Shown here: positions 18,561 through 28,318 of the stretch, piece by piece
How the letters are laid out: each line of letters begins with the position of its first letter
Position numbering within the stretch: the first letter of the stretch is position 1
Assembly: GCA_965208675.1 (NCBI GenBank)
Contig: OZ242351.1
Coordinates: forward strand, 1 to 64,000
Reading direction: 5' to 3'
From: Candidatus Poribacteria bacterium
GTDB lineage: Bacteria > Poribacteria > WGA-4E > PCPOR2b
Length of the DNA stretch: 64,000 nt
Program-made: the position numbers and the translations under genes
The notes under the pieces: generated by a model
The model's database searches: none
Seen by the model: only the letters and a program-made list of their open reading frames with translations
What the model was told of the DNA's origin: nothing

Positions 18561-20504
18561 ATGAAAATTGATAACCGGCGAATCGCCTTTTTGGCATGCC
18601 TCTATATGGCTTCTTTTGTTTGCGGCAGCCCACAAGCATATTCGTGGGGCACAAACGCCCATGAAAGAATGACCGATGCTGCATGTGATGCGTTGCCGCA
18701 AGAGATTAAAGGATTTTTTGCTGCGCGCCGCAATAAACTCGCTTTCCATTCAAACGATCCGGATCGATGGAAAAAGGACGACCCTAACGAACGTCCCCGG
18801 CACTATATCGATATTGATATGTACGGAAATTATCCGTTTGAAGAACTACCCCGCAATTACAATGAAGCGATTGAAAAATATGGCGTTGAAACGGTGACCG
18901 AACGCGGGCTTGCGCCGTGGCGTATCGAAGAATACAGTAATGAGCTATCCGAAACTATGAGATTCGGCAATCTTGAAAGAATTGTGCAAGTTGCCGCTGC
19001 GCTCGCCCACTACGTCGAGGATATTCACATGCCGCTGCACGTGGTTGAAAATCACGACGGCCAGTTTACAAACCAGAAGGGAGTACATGGACGCTTTGAG
19101 ATTGACATGGTTGACGCGTATGCTTCGCAAATTCAGCTAGAACCAGATGAAGCAGAGGAGATTGAAGACCCATTGGAACACGCCTTCGATATAATTCTCG
19201 ATAGTTATGTCTATGCTGAAAATCTTTTGCGTTCGGATCGCCGTGCAAAATCGGGAGAAACGGACTACGGCGAAGTCTATTTGGAAAAACTTTTCCGATT
19301 CGGCGGATGGATAGCGGAAAAACGCATGAGCGACGCGTCAACGGCAACCGCAAGTTACTGGTACACGGCGTGGCTGCGTGCCGGCAAACCGGCGTTAATT
19401 ACCCCAAATTCCATTGCGGTTAATGTTGTTCCCGAAGGGCGATCCCGCGCGCGCGAACTAGGCATCTACATCGGAATTTATGAAACCGGCAGAAACAATG
19501 CCATCACGGATGTCGCAGGGGTGAAGGTTGGCCACGCCACGCTGAATTACGGCGATAGTGTACGGACGGGCGTCACCGCGGTTATTCCGCACGACGATAT
19601 ATGGACCAAAAAGCTGTATGGCGCAAGCCACATCATTAATGGAAATGGAGAGGCAACGGGAACTGCCTGGATAAACGAAGCCGGATGGATCGAGTCTCCC
19701 ATTATGTTAACGAATACACTCAGTATCGGACCCGTTCACAACGGCGTCGTACAGTATATGATTAAACGCTATCCAAAAAATCACATCATTCTACCAATAG
19801 TAGCCGAGTGTTACGATGGCGGGTTGAACGACATCAGCGGACTGAATGTCACGGCGGCACACGCAATCGAAGCGATTGAATATGCAACCGACGGTCCTGT
19901 CCCAGAGGGTTGCGTCGGTGCCGGAACCGGCATGCGGTGCTACGGATTTAAGGCGGGCATCGGTACGGCATCGCGTGTGCTGCCGGCGGATAATGGCGGG
20001 TATACCATCGGCGTGCTAGTCAATTCCAACGGCGGGCGGCGAGCGCAACTTCGCATTGATGGTGTTCCAGTTGGTCAAGAGATTACCGACTTTCAACCGG
20101 AATGGGGACAGGACGGTTCATTCATCATCGTTATCGCGACGGATGCCCCGTTAACCCACCGCCAGCTCTCTCATTTAGCGAAACGGGGAGCGTTTGGGCT
20201 CACGCGTACCGGCACGCCCAGCACGGTTAGCAGCGGGGAATTCGTTATCGCGTTCTCGACAGCTAACATAATCCCCCGCCGCACTGAAAGCGGTACGTTT
20301 CCTGTCGTGATGCTTGCCAACCACGCGATGAACACCCTTTATCAAGCCGCCATTGAAGCTACCGAAGAGGCTATTATAAACTCTATGACGGCGGCCGTAA
20401 CAACCGTCGGACGAAACGGAAACACTATCCACGCTATCCCGTTGGACCGCTTACAAGCGGCCATGAAAAAATATGGCCATCTAACCCAAGAGTCGAACGA
20501 CTGA
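18561..20504 (+). CDS. Secreted fusion: S1/P1 nuclease / Zn-phospholipase C-like domain + P1/DmpA (S58) aminopeptidase
   Basis: Signal peptide AYS|WGTNAH; HYIDID, HYVEDIHMPLH, HGRFE; then NAITDVAGVKVGH, GTGM, DGSFIIVIATDAPL. Confidence 0.85.
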   Translation: MKIDNRRIAFLACLYMASFVCGSPQAYSWGTNAHERMTDAACDALPQEIKGFFAARRNKLAFHSNDPDRWKKDDPNERPRHYIDIDMYGNYPFEELPRNYNEAIEKYGVETVTERGLAPWRIEEYSNELSETMRFGNLERIVQVAAALAHYVEDIHMPLHVVENHDGQFTNQKGVHGRFEIDMVDAYASQIQLEPDEAEEIEDPLEHAFDIILDSYVYAENLLRSDRRAKSGETDYGEVYLEKLFRFGGWIAEKRMSDASTATASYWYTAWLRAGKPALITPNSIAVNVVPEGRSRARELGIYIGIYETGRNNAITDVAGVKVGHATLNYGDSVRTGVTAVIPHDDIWTKKLYGASHIINGNGEATGTAWINEAGWIESPIMLTNTLSIGPVHNGVVQYMIKRYPKNHIILPIVAECYDGGLNDISGLNVTAAHAIEAIEYATDGPVPEGCVGAGTGMRCYGFKAGIGTASRVLPADNGGYTIGVLVNSNGGRRAQLRIDGVPVGQEITDFQPEWGQDGSFIIVIATDAPLTHRQLSHLAKRGAFGLTRTGTPSTVSSGEFVIAFSTANIIPRRTESGTFPVVMLANHAMNTLYQAAIEATEEAIINSMTAAVTTVGRNGNTIHAIPLDRLQAAMKKYGHLTQESND

Positions 20505-20541
20505 TAATTAGCTTCACATGTGAGTTGTTGAGGAGATTCAA

Positions 20542-22161
20542 TTGGAATTACAGTTGCAAGCGTTCATTGACCAATTGGCCGCAGAAATTGAACCTATTGA
20601 GAAGGCTTTGCACGAATACTATTGGGAGGCGAGCTTAACCGGCTCTGACGAGGCAACGCAGAAGGTTGCTGAATTTGAGACTCAATACCGCCTCATTTTC
20701 TCGGATGGGACTCGCTTTAAGCGGTTGAAGGCCTTTCAAGAATCGAACCAAATTGTAACGCCTCAACTTCGGCGGCAGTTGCAATTGCTCATCTTGCAGT
20801 TTACCTCACATCAACTTCCGCCAGAGATGATAGAAGATTTGGTTAAACGCCAAACTGCTATTGAGCAGGTCTTCAATACCCATCGCGCGATTGTTGATGG
20901 GGTTGAAATGACCGACAATGAAATCCTTGAGGTATTGAAGGGGGAAAGCCGGAACGCAAGACGCCGCGCGGTTTGGGAAGGGAGCAAGCAGGTTGGACGA
21001 AAAGTCGCAACGGACATCATTGCCTTAGCCCATCAACGTAATAATGCTGCCCGCACAGTGGGTTTTGATGACTATTATCAGATGTCATTAAAGCTAAGTG
21101 AGGTGGATGAGGATGAACTCTTCCACATTGTGAACCGATTGGAATCTTTGACCAACGAGCCGTTCCGGCGTGTGAAAGGAAATTTAGACCGAGAACTTGC
21201 TGAGCGTTTCGGAATTGCAGCAGAAAATCTTCGTCCTTGGCATTACGCTGATCCGTTCTTTCAAGAAGCACCTGATACGGGCGAAGTTAATTTTGATGCC
21301 ATATTTGCAGAGCGTGATTTGGTGTCGGTAACGAGAGATTTCTTTAAGGGACTTGGGCTCTCTATCGACGATCTGATTGAGAGGAGCGATCTCATTGAAC
21401 GACCTCAGAAAGATCAACACGCCTTCTGCATACATATGGATAGAAAGGGGGATGTGCGAGTCCTCGCGAACACAAAGCCGTCTAGAAGGTGGATGGAAAC
21501 ATTGTTGCATGAATACGGGCATGCGGTTTACGATAAATTTTTGGATGCCTCGCTGCCGTTCCTGCTGCGGGCGCCGTCACACCTAATAACGACAGAAGCG
21601 ATTGCGATGTTGATGGGAAGGCTAGCTCGAAATGCAGCATGGCTGGACAAGACCTTCCATTTATCGTTTGAGCAGAAGGCTGCGATTACAGCCAAAGCTG
21701 TCGAATCCTTCCGGTTGAGGATGCTTATCTTTGTGCGGTGGGCGATGGTCATGGTTCATTTCGAGCGCGCGTTGTACCGAAATCCGGATGGTGATGTGAA
21801 CACGCTTTGGTGGAGCCTGGTTGAGCGCCTTCAATTTGTAACGCGGCCTGAAGGCCGGAATGAACCCGACTGGGCAGCGAAAATTCACATTGCGGCTGCT
21901 CCGGTGTATTACCATAATTATCTCTTGGGAGAAATGGTTGCGTCCCAACTCCAACACACAATAGATTCGCAAGTTCTCAATGGACAAGGCGTTGACGTCA
22001 CAGGTTACATCGACAGCCCGTTGGTTGGAGATTACCTGCGCGAACACGTTTTCGAACCGGGGGCAAGCGTCCATTGGGGTGAACTAATTAAGTATGCCAC
22101 CGGAGAATTGCTCAACCCTCAACATCTAGTCGATCAGTTGCACATTCAGGATGAAGTGTGA
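20542..22161 (+). CDS. M2/M3-type zinc metallopeptidase
   Basis: HEYGH, TEAIAM, PWHYADPFFQE, APVYYHNY. Confidence 0.88.
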   Translation: MELQLQAFIDQLAAEIEPIEKALHEYYWEASLTGSDEATQKVAEFETQYRLIFSDGTRFKRLKAFQESNQIVTPQLRRQLQLLILQFTSHQLPPEMIEDLVKRQTAIEQVFNTHRAIVDGVEMTDNEILEVLKGESRNARRRAVWEGSKQVGRKVATDIIALAHQRNNAARTVGFDDYYQMSLKLSEVDEDELFHIVNRLESLTNEPFRRVKGNLDRELAERFGIAAENLRPWHYADPFFQEAPDTGEVNFDAIFAERDLVSVTRDFFKGLGLSIDDLIERSDLIERPQKDQHAFCIHMDRKGDVRVLANTKPSRRWMETLLHEYGHAVYDKFLDASLPFLLRAPSHLITTEAIAMLMGRLARNAAWLDKTFHLSFEQKAAITAKAVESFRLRMLIFVRWAMVMVHFERALYRNPDGDVNTLWWSLVERLQFVTRPEGRNEPDWAAKIHIAAAPVYYHNYLLGEMVASQLQHTIDSQVLNGQGVDVTGYIDSPLVGDYLREHVFEPGASVHWGELIKYATGELLNPQHLVDQLHIQDEV

Positions 22162-22335
22162 ATAATAAATTTCACGAACGATTACTTCATACCCAATCAC
22201 AAATTCCGAAGTTCCGTTCTTCATCCTTTTTCCGTTTGTATCCGACAATCGGTCCTGCCGCTCATTCGCTAAATGGATTTTGATCTTCAATCTCATGACA
22301 AGTTACCCGCAAATTGAGATAATCTGCAAATATAT

Positions 22336-22390
22336 TTGACTGCGCGGGTAATATATGTTATGATTAAACCTGACCAAATTAGTCATCAAT
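22336..22390 (+). promoter_or_regulatory. Sigma70 promoter (TTGACT-N17-TATGAT, extended -10) with adjacent Rrf2/IscR-type operator
   Basis: AAACCTGAC-CAAATTA-GTCATCAAT (22366-22390) has the GAC-N7-GTC spacing of IscR type-1 sites and sits directly before an Rrf2 gene. Confidence 0.6.
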
Positions 22391-22406
22391 GTTGGAGTGG
22401 GAGCGC

Positions 22407-22853
22407 ATGCGTTTATCTGCCCGATCGAAATATGCCGTTTTAGCAATGTTGGAATTGGCTTTCCAATACAACAGAAAGTATGTTTCTGTTGCGGAACTCG
22501 CAGAAAAACAGGGTATCTCGCGTCCATTTCTTGAGAAACTTCTGCTTCAGCTCAAGCGTGCGGGCTTAACGAAAAGCCAGCGAGGGCCAGATGGTGGCTA
22601 TAGTTTGGCGTTGTCACCTGCGGAAATCTGCATTGGAGATATTTTCACAGTCGTCGACGGTCCCGTCGATTTTACGGAATGCTTCGATCCTCCGTCGCCA
22701 TCCGACGTAACAACTTTCTGCATGTCAACCCTTCTCGAGGAAATTGAAGAAGGGATTTGTAATGTTTTGAACGCAAACACGCTGCAAGATCTTTGCTTAA
22801 AAGCGCGGGATTTCAAACAACTTCCCCCGCACGTGCACTCTTTTTCTATTTGA
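22407..22853 (+). CDS. Rrf2 family transcriptional regulator (CymR/IscR-like)
   Basis: YAVLAMLELA, FLEKLLLQLKRAGL, SQRGPDGGYSL. Confidence 0.93.
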   Translation: MRLSARSKYAVLAMLELAFQYNRKYVSVAELAEKQGISRPFLEKLLLQLKRAGLTKSQRGPDGGYSLALSPAEICIGDIFTVVDGPVDFTECFDPPSPSDVTTFCMSTLLEEIEEGICNVLNANTLQDLCLKARDFKQLPPHVHSFSI

Positions 22854-22857
22854 AAGC

Positions 22858-23808
22858 ATGAAGATAGCCAAAAACATCATTGATTTGATTGGAAACACAC
22901 CGCTAGTTCGTCTGAATTATCTGACGGGCGAGGACGACGCGGCTGTCTTTGCGAAATTAGAGTCCTACAATCCCGGCGGCAGCATCAAGGATCGAATCGG
23001 CTACGCGATGATTATTGATGCCGAAAAACGTGGATTACTCAAACCGGGGCACACAATTGTCGAACCAACAGCGGGCAATACCGGCATAGCGCTTTCCATT
23101 GTGGCTCTGGCGAAGGGTTACCACCTCATTCTGACGATGCCCGAAAATGTCAGCCGAGAGAAGTATATGCTGCTTTCTGCCTTTGGTGCGGAAATCATAT
23201 TGACACCGGAAGCGGGGGGCATGGGTGAGGCTATCTGGGAGGCTGAAGAGGTTGTCAGACGAAAACCACACCATTTCATGCCGAATCAATTTAGGAATCC
23301 TGCAAACCCTGAAATTCATCGTCAGACAACAGCGCGTGAAATTTTGCAAGCTCTAGATTGCCGCATAGACTATTTTGTTGCCGGCGTCGGAACTGGGGGT
23401 ACGCTGACAGGTGTGGGAGAAACACTGAAGGCACATTGTCCCGACACTCAGGTCGTTGCGGTCGAACCTAGTGTTTCACCGGTTTTGTCGGGCGGAGCGC
23501 CGAACCCGACGCGTATTGATGGTATCGGTGCCGGAATGGTGCCAGAAGTATTGAACGTCGATATTATCGACCGCGTAATGACCGTATCTGATGAAGGCGC
23601 GTATGAGATGATGAAGCGGATTTCAAGAAGTGAAGGCTTGCTCGTTGGCATGTCATCGGGTGCGAATGTCTATGCCTCTCTAAAATTGGCTCAAGAACTC
23701 GGTCGAGACAAAACAGTTGTAACCATCTTGCCTGATACGGGCGAACGCTATTTTAGCCTTGCCCAATACTTTGAGCCGGAACTTAATCTCGTTAATTTGC
23801 CCCCATGA
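22858..23808 (+). CDS. cysK: Cysteine synthase A
   Basis: IGNTPLVRL, NPGGSIKDR, EPTAGNTG, GVGTGGT, PDTGERY. Confidence 0.94.
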   Translation: MKIAKNIIDLIGNTPLVRLNYLTGEDDAAVFAKLESYNPGGSIKDRIGYAMIIDAEKRGLLKPGHTIVEPTAGNTGIALSIVALAKGYHLILTMPENVSREKYMLLSAFGAEIILTPEAGGMGEAIWEAEEVVRRKPHHFMPNQFRNPANPEIHRQTTAREILQALDCRIDYFVAGVGTGGTLTGVGETLKAHCPDTQVVAVEPSVSPVLSGGAPNPTRIDGIGAGMVPEVLNVDIIDRVMTVSDEGAYEMMKRISRSEGLLVGMSSGANVYASLKLAQELGRDKTVVTILPDTGERYFSLAQYFEPELNLVNLPP

Positions 23809-23889
23809 AAAATTGAAAAACCACTCGTTATATTCAAAATGCTAACAACCTGTACCACTAAAGCACACAGAAGAAGGTAGGGATGGTCA

Positions 23890-24648
23890 TTGACTGAGTT
23901 GGAAAACCAAAACCTGATAAACAAAGAGTTCTGCTATCAAGTTGACTCACTGCAAAATCCGCAGGAGATGCTTTTTCACCTATTTAAGCGATTCAAGAAT
24001 CGGGCGGCAATCGTCACAAGCGGCCAGTTATCCGGAATGGTTTTGGTGCACATGGCATTCGAAAATGGACTGCCATTTCGAGTTTGCACCATTGATACGC
24101 TTCGCCTCTTTCCAGAAGTTTATGAGTTTTTCGAAATAATAGAAGCACGTTATAATCTCCGCATCGAGCGCATCCAGCCGCATGCACAAACGATAAAATC
24201 TATGGTGGCTGAGCACGGAGAATATCTATTTTTTGACAGCAAGAAGAAACAGGAATATTGCTGTCACGTTAGAAAAGTGGAGCCCATGCAACGGTTAATG
24301 AACACGCTGGATGTATGGTTTTCGGGGCTTCGGCGGGATCAATCAGAGAGCCGTCAACACGTCCCCAAAGTGGAAATCCATGAACATAAAGGGCGGTCCG
24401 TTCTAAAGGTGAACCCTTTAGCGGATTGGACGGCAGATCAGGTTTGGGAGTTCATCAATCAGAACGACATTCCGGTGAATCCGCTCCTCAAACCGCAGGA
24501 TAATGGGCATTATTATGAGTCGCTCGGATGCATTATCTGCACCACACCGATTATGCCTGGAGAACCCAAAAGAGCTGGGCGATGGCGCTGGCAAATTGCA
24601 ACATCTTCCGAAAATACGAAAGAATGCGGTCTGCATTACGCAATATAA
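23890..24648 (+). CDS. cysH: APS/PAPS reductase (4Fe-4S APS type)
   Basis: IDTLRLF, CCHVRK, GLRRDQS, SLGCIICT, RAGRW, KECGLH. Confidence 0.93.
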   Translation: MTELENQNLINKEFCYQVDSLQNPQEMLFHLFKRFKNRAAIVTSGQLSGMVLVHMAFENGLPFRVCTIDTLRLFPEVYEFFEIIEARYNLRIERIQPHAQTIKSMVAEHGEYLFFDSKKKQEYCCHVRKVEPMQRLMNTLDVWFSGLRRDQSESRQHVPKVEIHEHKGRSVLKVNPLADWTADQVWEFINQNDIPVNPLLKPQDNGHYYESLGCIICTTPIMPGEPKRAGRWRWQIATSSENTKECGLHYAI

Positions 24649-24658
24649 TGCCGCGCCC

Positions 24659-24727
24659 GTAGGAGGGAAATCCGATTCCCGACAGTATGCGATGCGCAAC
24701 TGGCTGCGAATCGGAGATAACTCCTAC
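24659..24727. repeat. GTAG-type REP pair (REPIN)
   Basis: GTAGGAG..TCCGATTC ... GAATCGGA..CTCCTAC inverted arms. Confidence 0.7.
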
Positions 24728-24756
24728 AGAAAATAATTTAAATTTCTACATTTTTC

Positions 24757-24826
24757 GGCAGGTGCGGTTGCCAACCGCAAATATGGACTGGATAATTCCA
24801 TGTACGGTTAGGAAACCGAACCTACC
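24757..24826. repeat. Second REP-family pair (REPIN)
   Basis: GGCAGGTGCGGTTGCCAACCGCA ... TACGGTTAGGAAACCGAACCTACC; inverted, and each arm is internally palindromic. Confidence 0.65.
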
Positions 24827-24877
24827 GCAGCGTATGAGTAATTATCGGTTTTTCTATACAAGAAAGGAGTTTATACG

Positions 24878-25153
24878 ATGGCTGTTACCGTGCGTATCCC
24901 GACCCCGCTGAGAAAACTGACGAGCGATCAACCCGAAGTCGCGGCAGTCGGGTCGAATATTGAAAGCATTATCGAAAACCTCGAAGCAAATCACCCGGGG
25001 ATTAAAGAACGCATTTGCGATGAATCCGGAAATGTCCGCCGATTCGTTAATATCTATCTCAACGATGAAGACATTCGTTTCTTAGACGGAACGGCGACTA
25101 CTGTCACCGATGGTGACGAAATATCGGTGATTCCAGCAATTGCAGGAGGGTAA
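24878..25153 (+). CDS. MoaD/ThiS/CysO family ubiquitin-like sulfur carrier
   Basis: VRIPTPLR, RRFVNIYLNDEDIRFL, C-terminal PAIAGG; AAGGAG RBS. Confidence 0.94.
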   Translation: MAVTVRIPTPLRKLTSDQPEVAAVGSNIESIIENLEANHPGIKERICDESGNVRRFVNIYLNDEDIRFLDGTATTVTDGDEISVIPAIAGG

Positions 25154-25245
25154 ACAATCGTCGTGGCAAATGGTATCTTGCCGCCAGCGGAATCACGTCA
25201 CGGCTTATTTTCTGTTACACGCTAGCGAATTACGCTTGCAAGCCT

Positions 25246-25289
25246 AAATGCCCAAGGCACATGATAGTTTGGCCTTGGGTATTTTTTTT
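25246..25289 (+). terminator. Rho-independent terminator after the sulfur carrier gene
   Basis: ATGCCCAAGGC ... GCCTTGGGTAT followed by a T run. Confidence 0.7.
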
Positions 25290-25351
25290 CAAGCAGTCGT
25301 CTGCCTAATCAAACTTCAGAGAAAGAGAGGATTCAATACTCGAAGCGACTA

Positions 25352-26644
25352 ATGAAAAAAAACAGTGAACAAGAACAGAGGCGGAACTTTCGGATTGCTG
25401 TACTCCAAGGGGTTTTCATGCGAATCTCTTTGGCTTTTGTTGAGCCGGGAACAATACTTTCTGCATTTGTGTTGCGTCTGACCGGATCTCACTTTTTTGT
25501 AGGGCTTGCCGGGGCTATAATGCCGGCTGGTTGGATGTGGCCTCAGTTACTGATGTCGAACGTACTTGAACACCGCCAACGCAAAATGCCCTTTTTCAAA
25601 CTTGGAATGGGAATCCGCGTGGTAGCGTGGCTTACGATTGTCGCCTGTATGTTGCTGATAGAACCGACTAGGAAAGCCGTGCTTGTTGCAAGTTTCTTCT
25701 TTTTTTATTTAATCGCCGCTTCTTCACTGGGCATATCTAGTATTCCTTATATGGAAATTGTTTCCAAATCGATTCATCCGCTGCGGCGTGCGCGGTTCTT
25801 CAGTACTCGCCAATTCATCGGAGGAGTTCTAGCATTCTTAATTGGCGAATTCTTGATTAAATCCGTGTTGAGCGATTCGTCGGGACTAGTATTTCCTTTC
25901 AATTACGCGCTTCTGTTTGCTTTTGCAGTTGTCGCGACTATGGCTGCATTTCTGATATTTCTCCTGATTCGTGAACCCATTCAACGCGTCAAAACCGAGC
26001 GAAAATCGCTTATTCAGCATCTCAAGCAGGGACCGCACTTTATGCGGACGGATATACACTATCGGCGGTTCATAATCTTTCGAATGTTCGCCCATTCGGC
26101 CGGAATGTGCATGCCGTTCTATGTTCCTTATGCGTTGCTGAATCTAGGCGTTCCAGATTCGACAATTGGCTCATTTCTTGCCGTCGTCGCCTTGAGCGGT
26201 GTAATTTCGACCGCTTTGTGGGGACATGTCGGTGAAAAATATGGCGTCAGATGGGTTTTGATTGGTATGTCAGCGTTCGGTTGCGTCTCGCCTCTCATTG
26301 CGATTTGTATCCCGTGGTTTCCGCTGCCCTTGCAGATTCCTAGCTATTTTTTAATATTTGCGATGAATGGAATTTCGGTCAATGGGATGATGGTCGGATT
26401 CATGACTTACATGCTTAATGTCGCACCGCCGCTCACCCGTCCAAGTTATCTCGGTTTCATGAACACACTTCTATTTCCCTTCAGTTTTGTGACAGTGCTT
26501 GGTGGAGTTATTGTGTCGAGGCTTGGCTATCAGGGGGTTTTCGCAATCTCCTTGGGGTTGAGTTTTCTCGCATTCACGATGACGACACGGCTAGAAGAGG
26601 TCTTCTATAAGGAGGAAATACAGTCTGATGATGAGATTTTGTAA
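25352..26644 (+). CDS. MFS transporter
   Basis: About 12 hydrophobic segments, WGHVGEKYG loop motif. Confidence 0.87.
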   Translation: MKKNSEQEQRRNFRIAVLQGVFMRISLAFVEPGTILSAFVLRLTGSHFFVGLAGAIMPAGWMWPQLLMSNVLEHRQRKMPFFKLGMGIRVVAWLTIVACMLLIEPTRKAVLVASFFFFYLIAASSLGISSIPYMEIVSKSIHPLRRARFFSTRQFIGGVLAFLIGEFLIKSVLSDSSGLVFPFNYALLFAFAVVATMAAFLIFLLIREPIQRVKTERKSLIQHLKQGPHFMRTDIHYRRFIIFRMFAHSAGMCMPFYVPYALLNLGVPDSTIGSFLAVVALSGVISTALWGHVGEKYGVRWVLIGMSAFGCVSPLIAICIPWFPLPLQIPSYFLIFAMNGISVNGMMVGFMTYMLNVAPPLTRPSYLGFMNTLLFPFSFVTVLGGVIVSRLGYQGVFAISLGLSFLAFTMTTRLEEVFYKEEIQSDDEIL

Positions 26645-26724
26645 CACCACTTTCAAAGGGTAGGCCTTGAGAAAACACAAATCATCCGTTAGCATCACGA
26701 GTGTACGATTGGATTGAACACCAC

Positions 26725-27126
26725 ATGGACAAATGCGGCGCTCTCAAGAAGAGCATTCAAGAATTCAATAACGGAGAATACTTCGAGTGCCACGAGACCC
26801 TGGAAGATTTATGGATGATAGAAGTTGGACCCGATCGGCTCTTTTATCAAGGCCTGCTTCAATTGAGCGTCGGATATTTCCACCTGTTCAATCGCAACTA
26901 TGCCGGCGCTGCCAGCCAATGGCGAAGAGGTTCTGTCAAACTTCAAAATTTTGGAGACTGCCATCTGGAGATAAATTTGAAAACCCTCCTTGAACAGACT
27001 CGCTGCTGCCAACACATGTTGGAGATGGTCCAATGCGGCAACAGACAAACATTCGACTTCTCGCTCGTTCCGCGGATTCAGATGATCGGATTGCCGCCGA
27101 CATGTCCTGCACTTCCGCACGGTTGA
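26725..27126 (+). CDS. DUF309 domain protein
   Basis: FNNGEYFECHETLEDLW, FYQGLLQ; start uncertain (26701 possible). Confidence 0.88.
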   Translation: MDKCGALKKSIQEFNNGEYFECHETLEDLWMIEVGPDRLFYQGLLQLSVGYFHLFNRNYAGAASQWRRGSVKLQNFGDCHLEINLKTLLEQTRCCQHMLEMVQCGNRQTFDFSLVPRIQMIGLPPTCPALPHG

Positions 27127-27285
27127 ATGCAATGCCGTGTGCCATTCAATCTTCATTAATGGAGTTGCCTCATTGATTCATTTTCAGCATACACTGCGCT
27201 TGTTTGGCGGATAAGGGGAGACTGGCCTGCTGAAGACTTCATTGCTCCTTTTCGGTCTTTGGTCAAGATACAAACGGATTTCCAA

Positions 27286-28131
27286 TCATCTTGGGATCGA
27301 CTCATTTGAGGTACGAGCGAAGTTGAGGATTACATTCTGTCCCTCAATATCGACTTCGACGCAGTCGATTTTCGTAAATCCAGCCTCCTTAAACAATTCT
27401 ACCAGCTTTGGCCAGTCCCACGTATATGGCGTTCGAGTCGTGGTAAACTCCAGCCTTGGGGCACCTTGCTCCGTAATCAGATATAGATGATTCTCGTCGA
27501 TGAAATCCGATCCTAATTCACGCGTCACAATGTGGCTAACCGACAATCCTGATTCAAACCGAGATTCAACGAGCTTAAAACGTTCCGGCTCAAGCCGCTC
27601 CCAAGCTTCGCGCAAGAGTTGCTTTCCAGAACCGGGTTCCGGATGTTGGCTGGTTGCACCGATGAAGGCAAGTACTCCTCCGGGCTTAAGAATTCGCCGA
27701 AAACCCACGAGTGATTTTTGAAACGCTTCAACTCCAACAATCCACGATAGCGCATCGTTTAAAATCACATCGTATTTTCTCGGTGCAACCTCCGGTAACG
27801 CCTCCCATTTGGCCTCAAACACTGTACCGGTAAACCCGGCACAGGTTAGCTTTTGTTTCGCCTGCTCAATCGCTACGCCGGAAGAATCACAAGCATCTAC
27901 GTCAAGACCTTTCGAGGCTAGCAACAATGTGGACTCGCCAACGCCGCATGAAGCATCCAAAAATGCCAAGCCGGCACGATTACCGAACAACTCGATGATT
28001 CCCCGGTAGAGGTTTCGCCTGCCGGGTTCCCACGGGGTGGCATTCGGATTCAGCAGATTATACCATTTCCAGTAAGTGTCCCAGCAATTAGATTGCAAAG
28101 GGCTGTCGAACTTCAAATCGGAAAAACTCAT
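27286..28131 (-). CDS. Class I SAM-dependent methyltransferase
   Basis: FLDASCGVG, DACDSS, RILKPGG. Confidence 0.85.
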   Translation of the reverse strand: MSFSDLKFDSPLQSNCWDTYWKWYNLLNPNATPWEPGRRNLYRGIIELFGNRAGLAFLDASCGVGESTLLLASKGLDVDACDSSGVAIEQAKQKLTCAGFTGTVFEAKWEALPEVAPRKYDVILNDALSWIVGVEAFQKSLVGFRRILKPGGVLAFIGATSQHPEPGSGKQLLREAWERLEPERFKLVESRFESGLSVSHIVTRELGSDFIDENHLYLITEQGAPRLEFTTTRTPYTWDWPKLVELFKEAGFTKIDCVEVDIEGQNVILNFARTSNESIPR

Positions 28132-28318
28132 AACCGGATTTCTCAGTAGCTCTAACTATCCCCTTACACAATGTTTTCAAATACCGCAGAGCAATTGACG
28201 CCGTGTATTTGAGTTCGAGAAGTAAAAATCACGGGATTCGAGCGGACATTCAACAAGATTCAATCTCGAAGCAGGATGAAATGAGTCCAATATTTGATTT
28301 CGTTACCATGCAGACCAT

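Noticed and set aside
27124-27146. Sigma-54 site on the minus strand (TGGCAC...TTGC)
   Set aside because: GG-to-GC spacing is 11 rather than 10, and it lies between convergent gene ends
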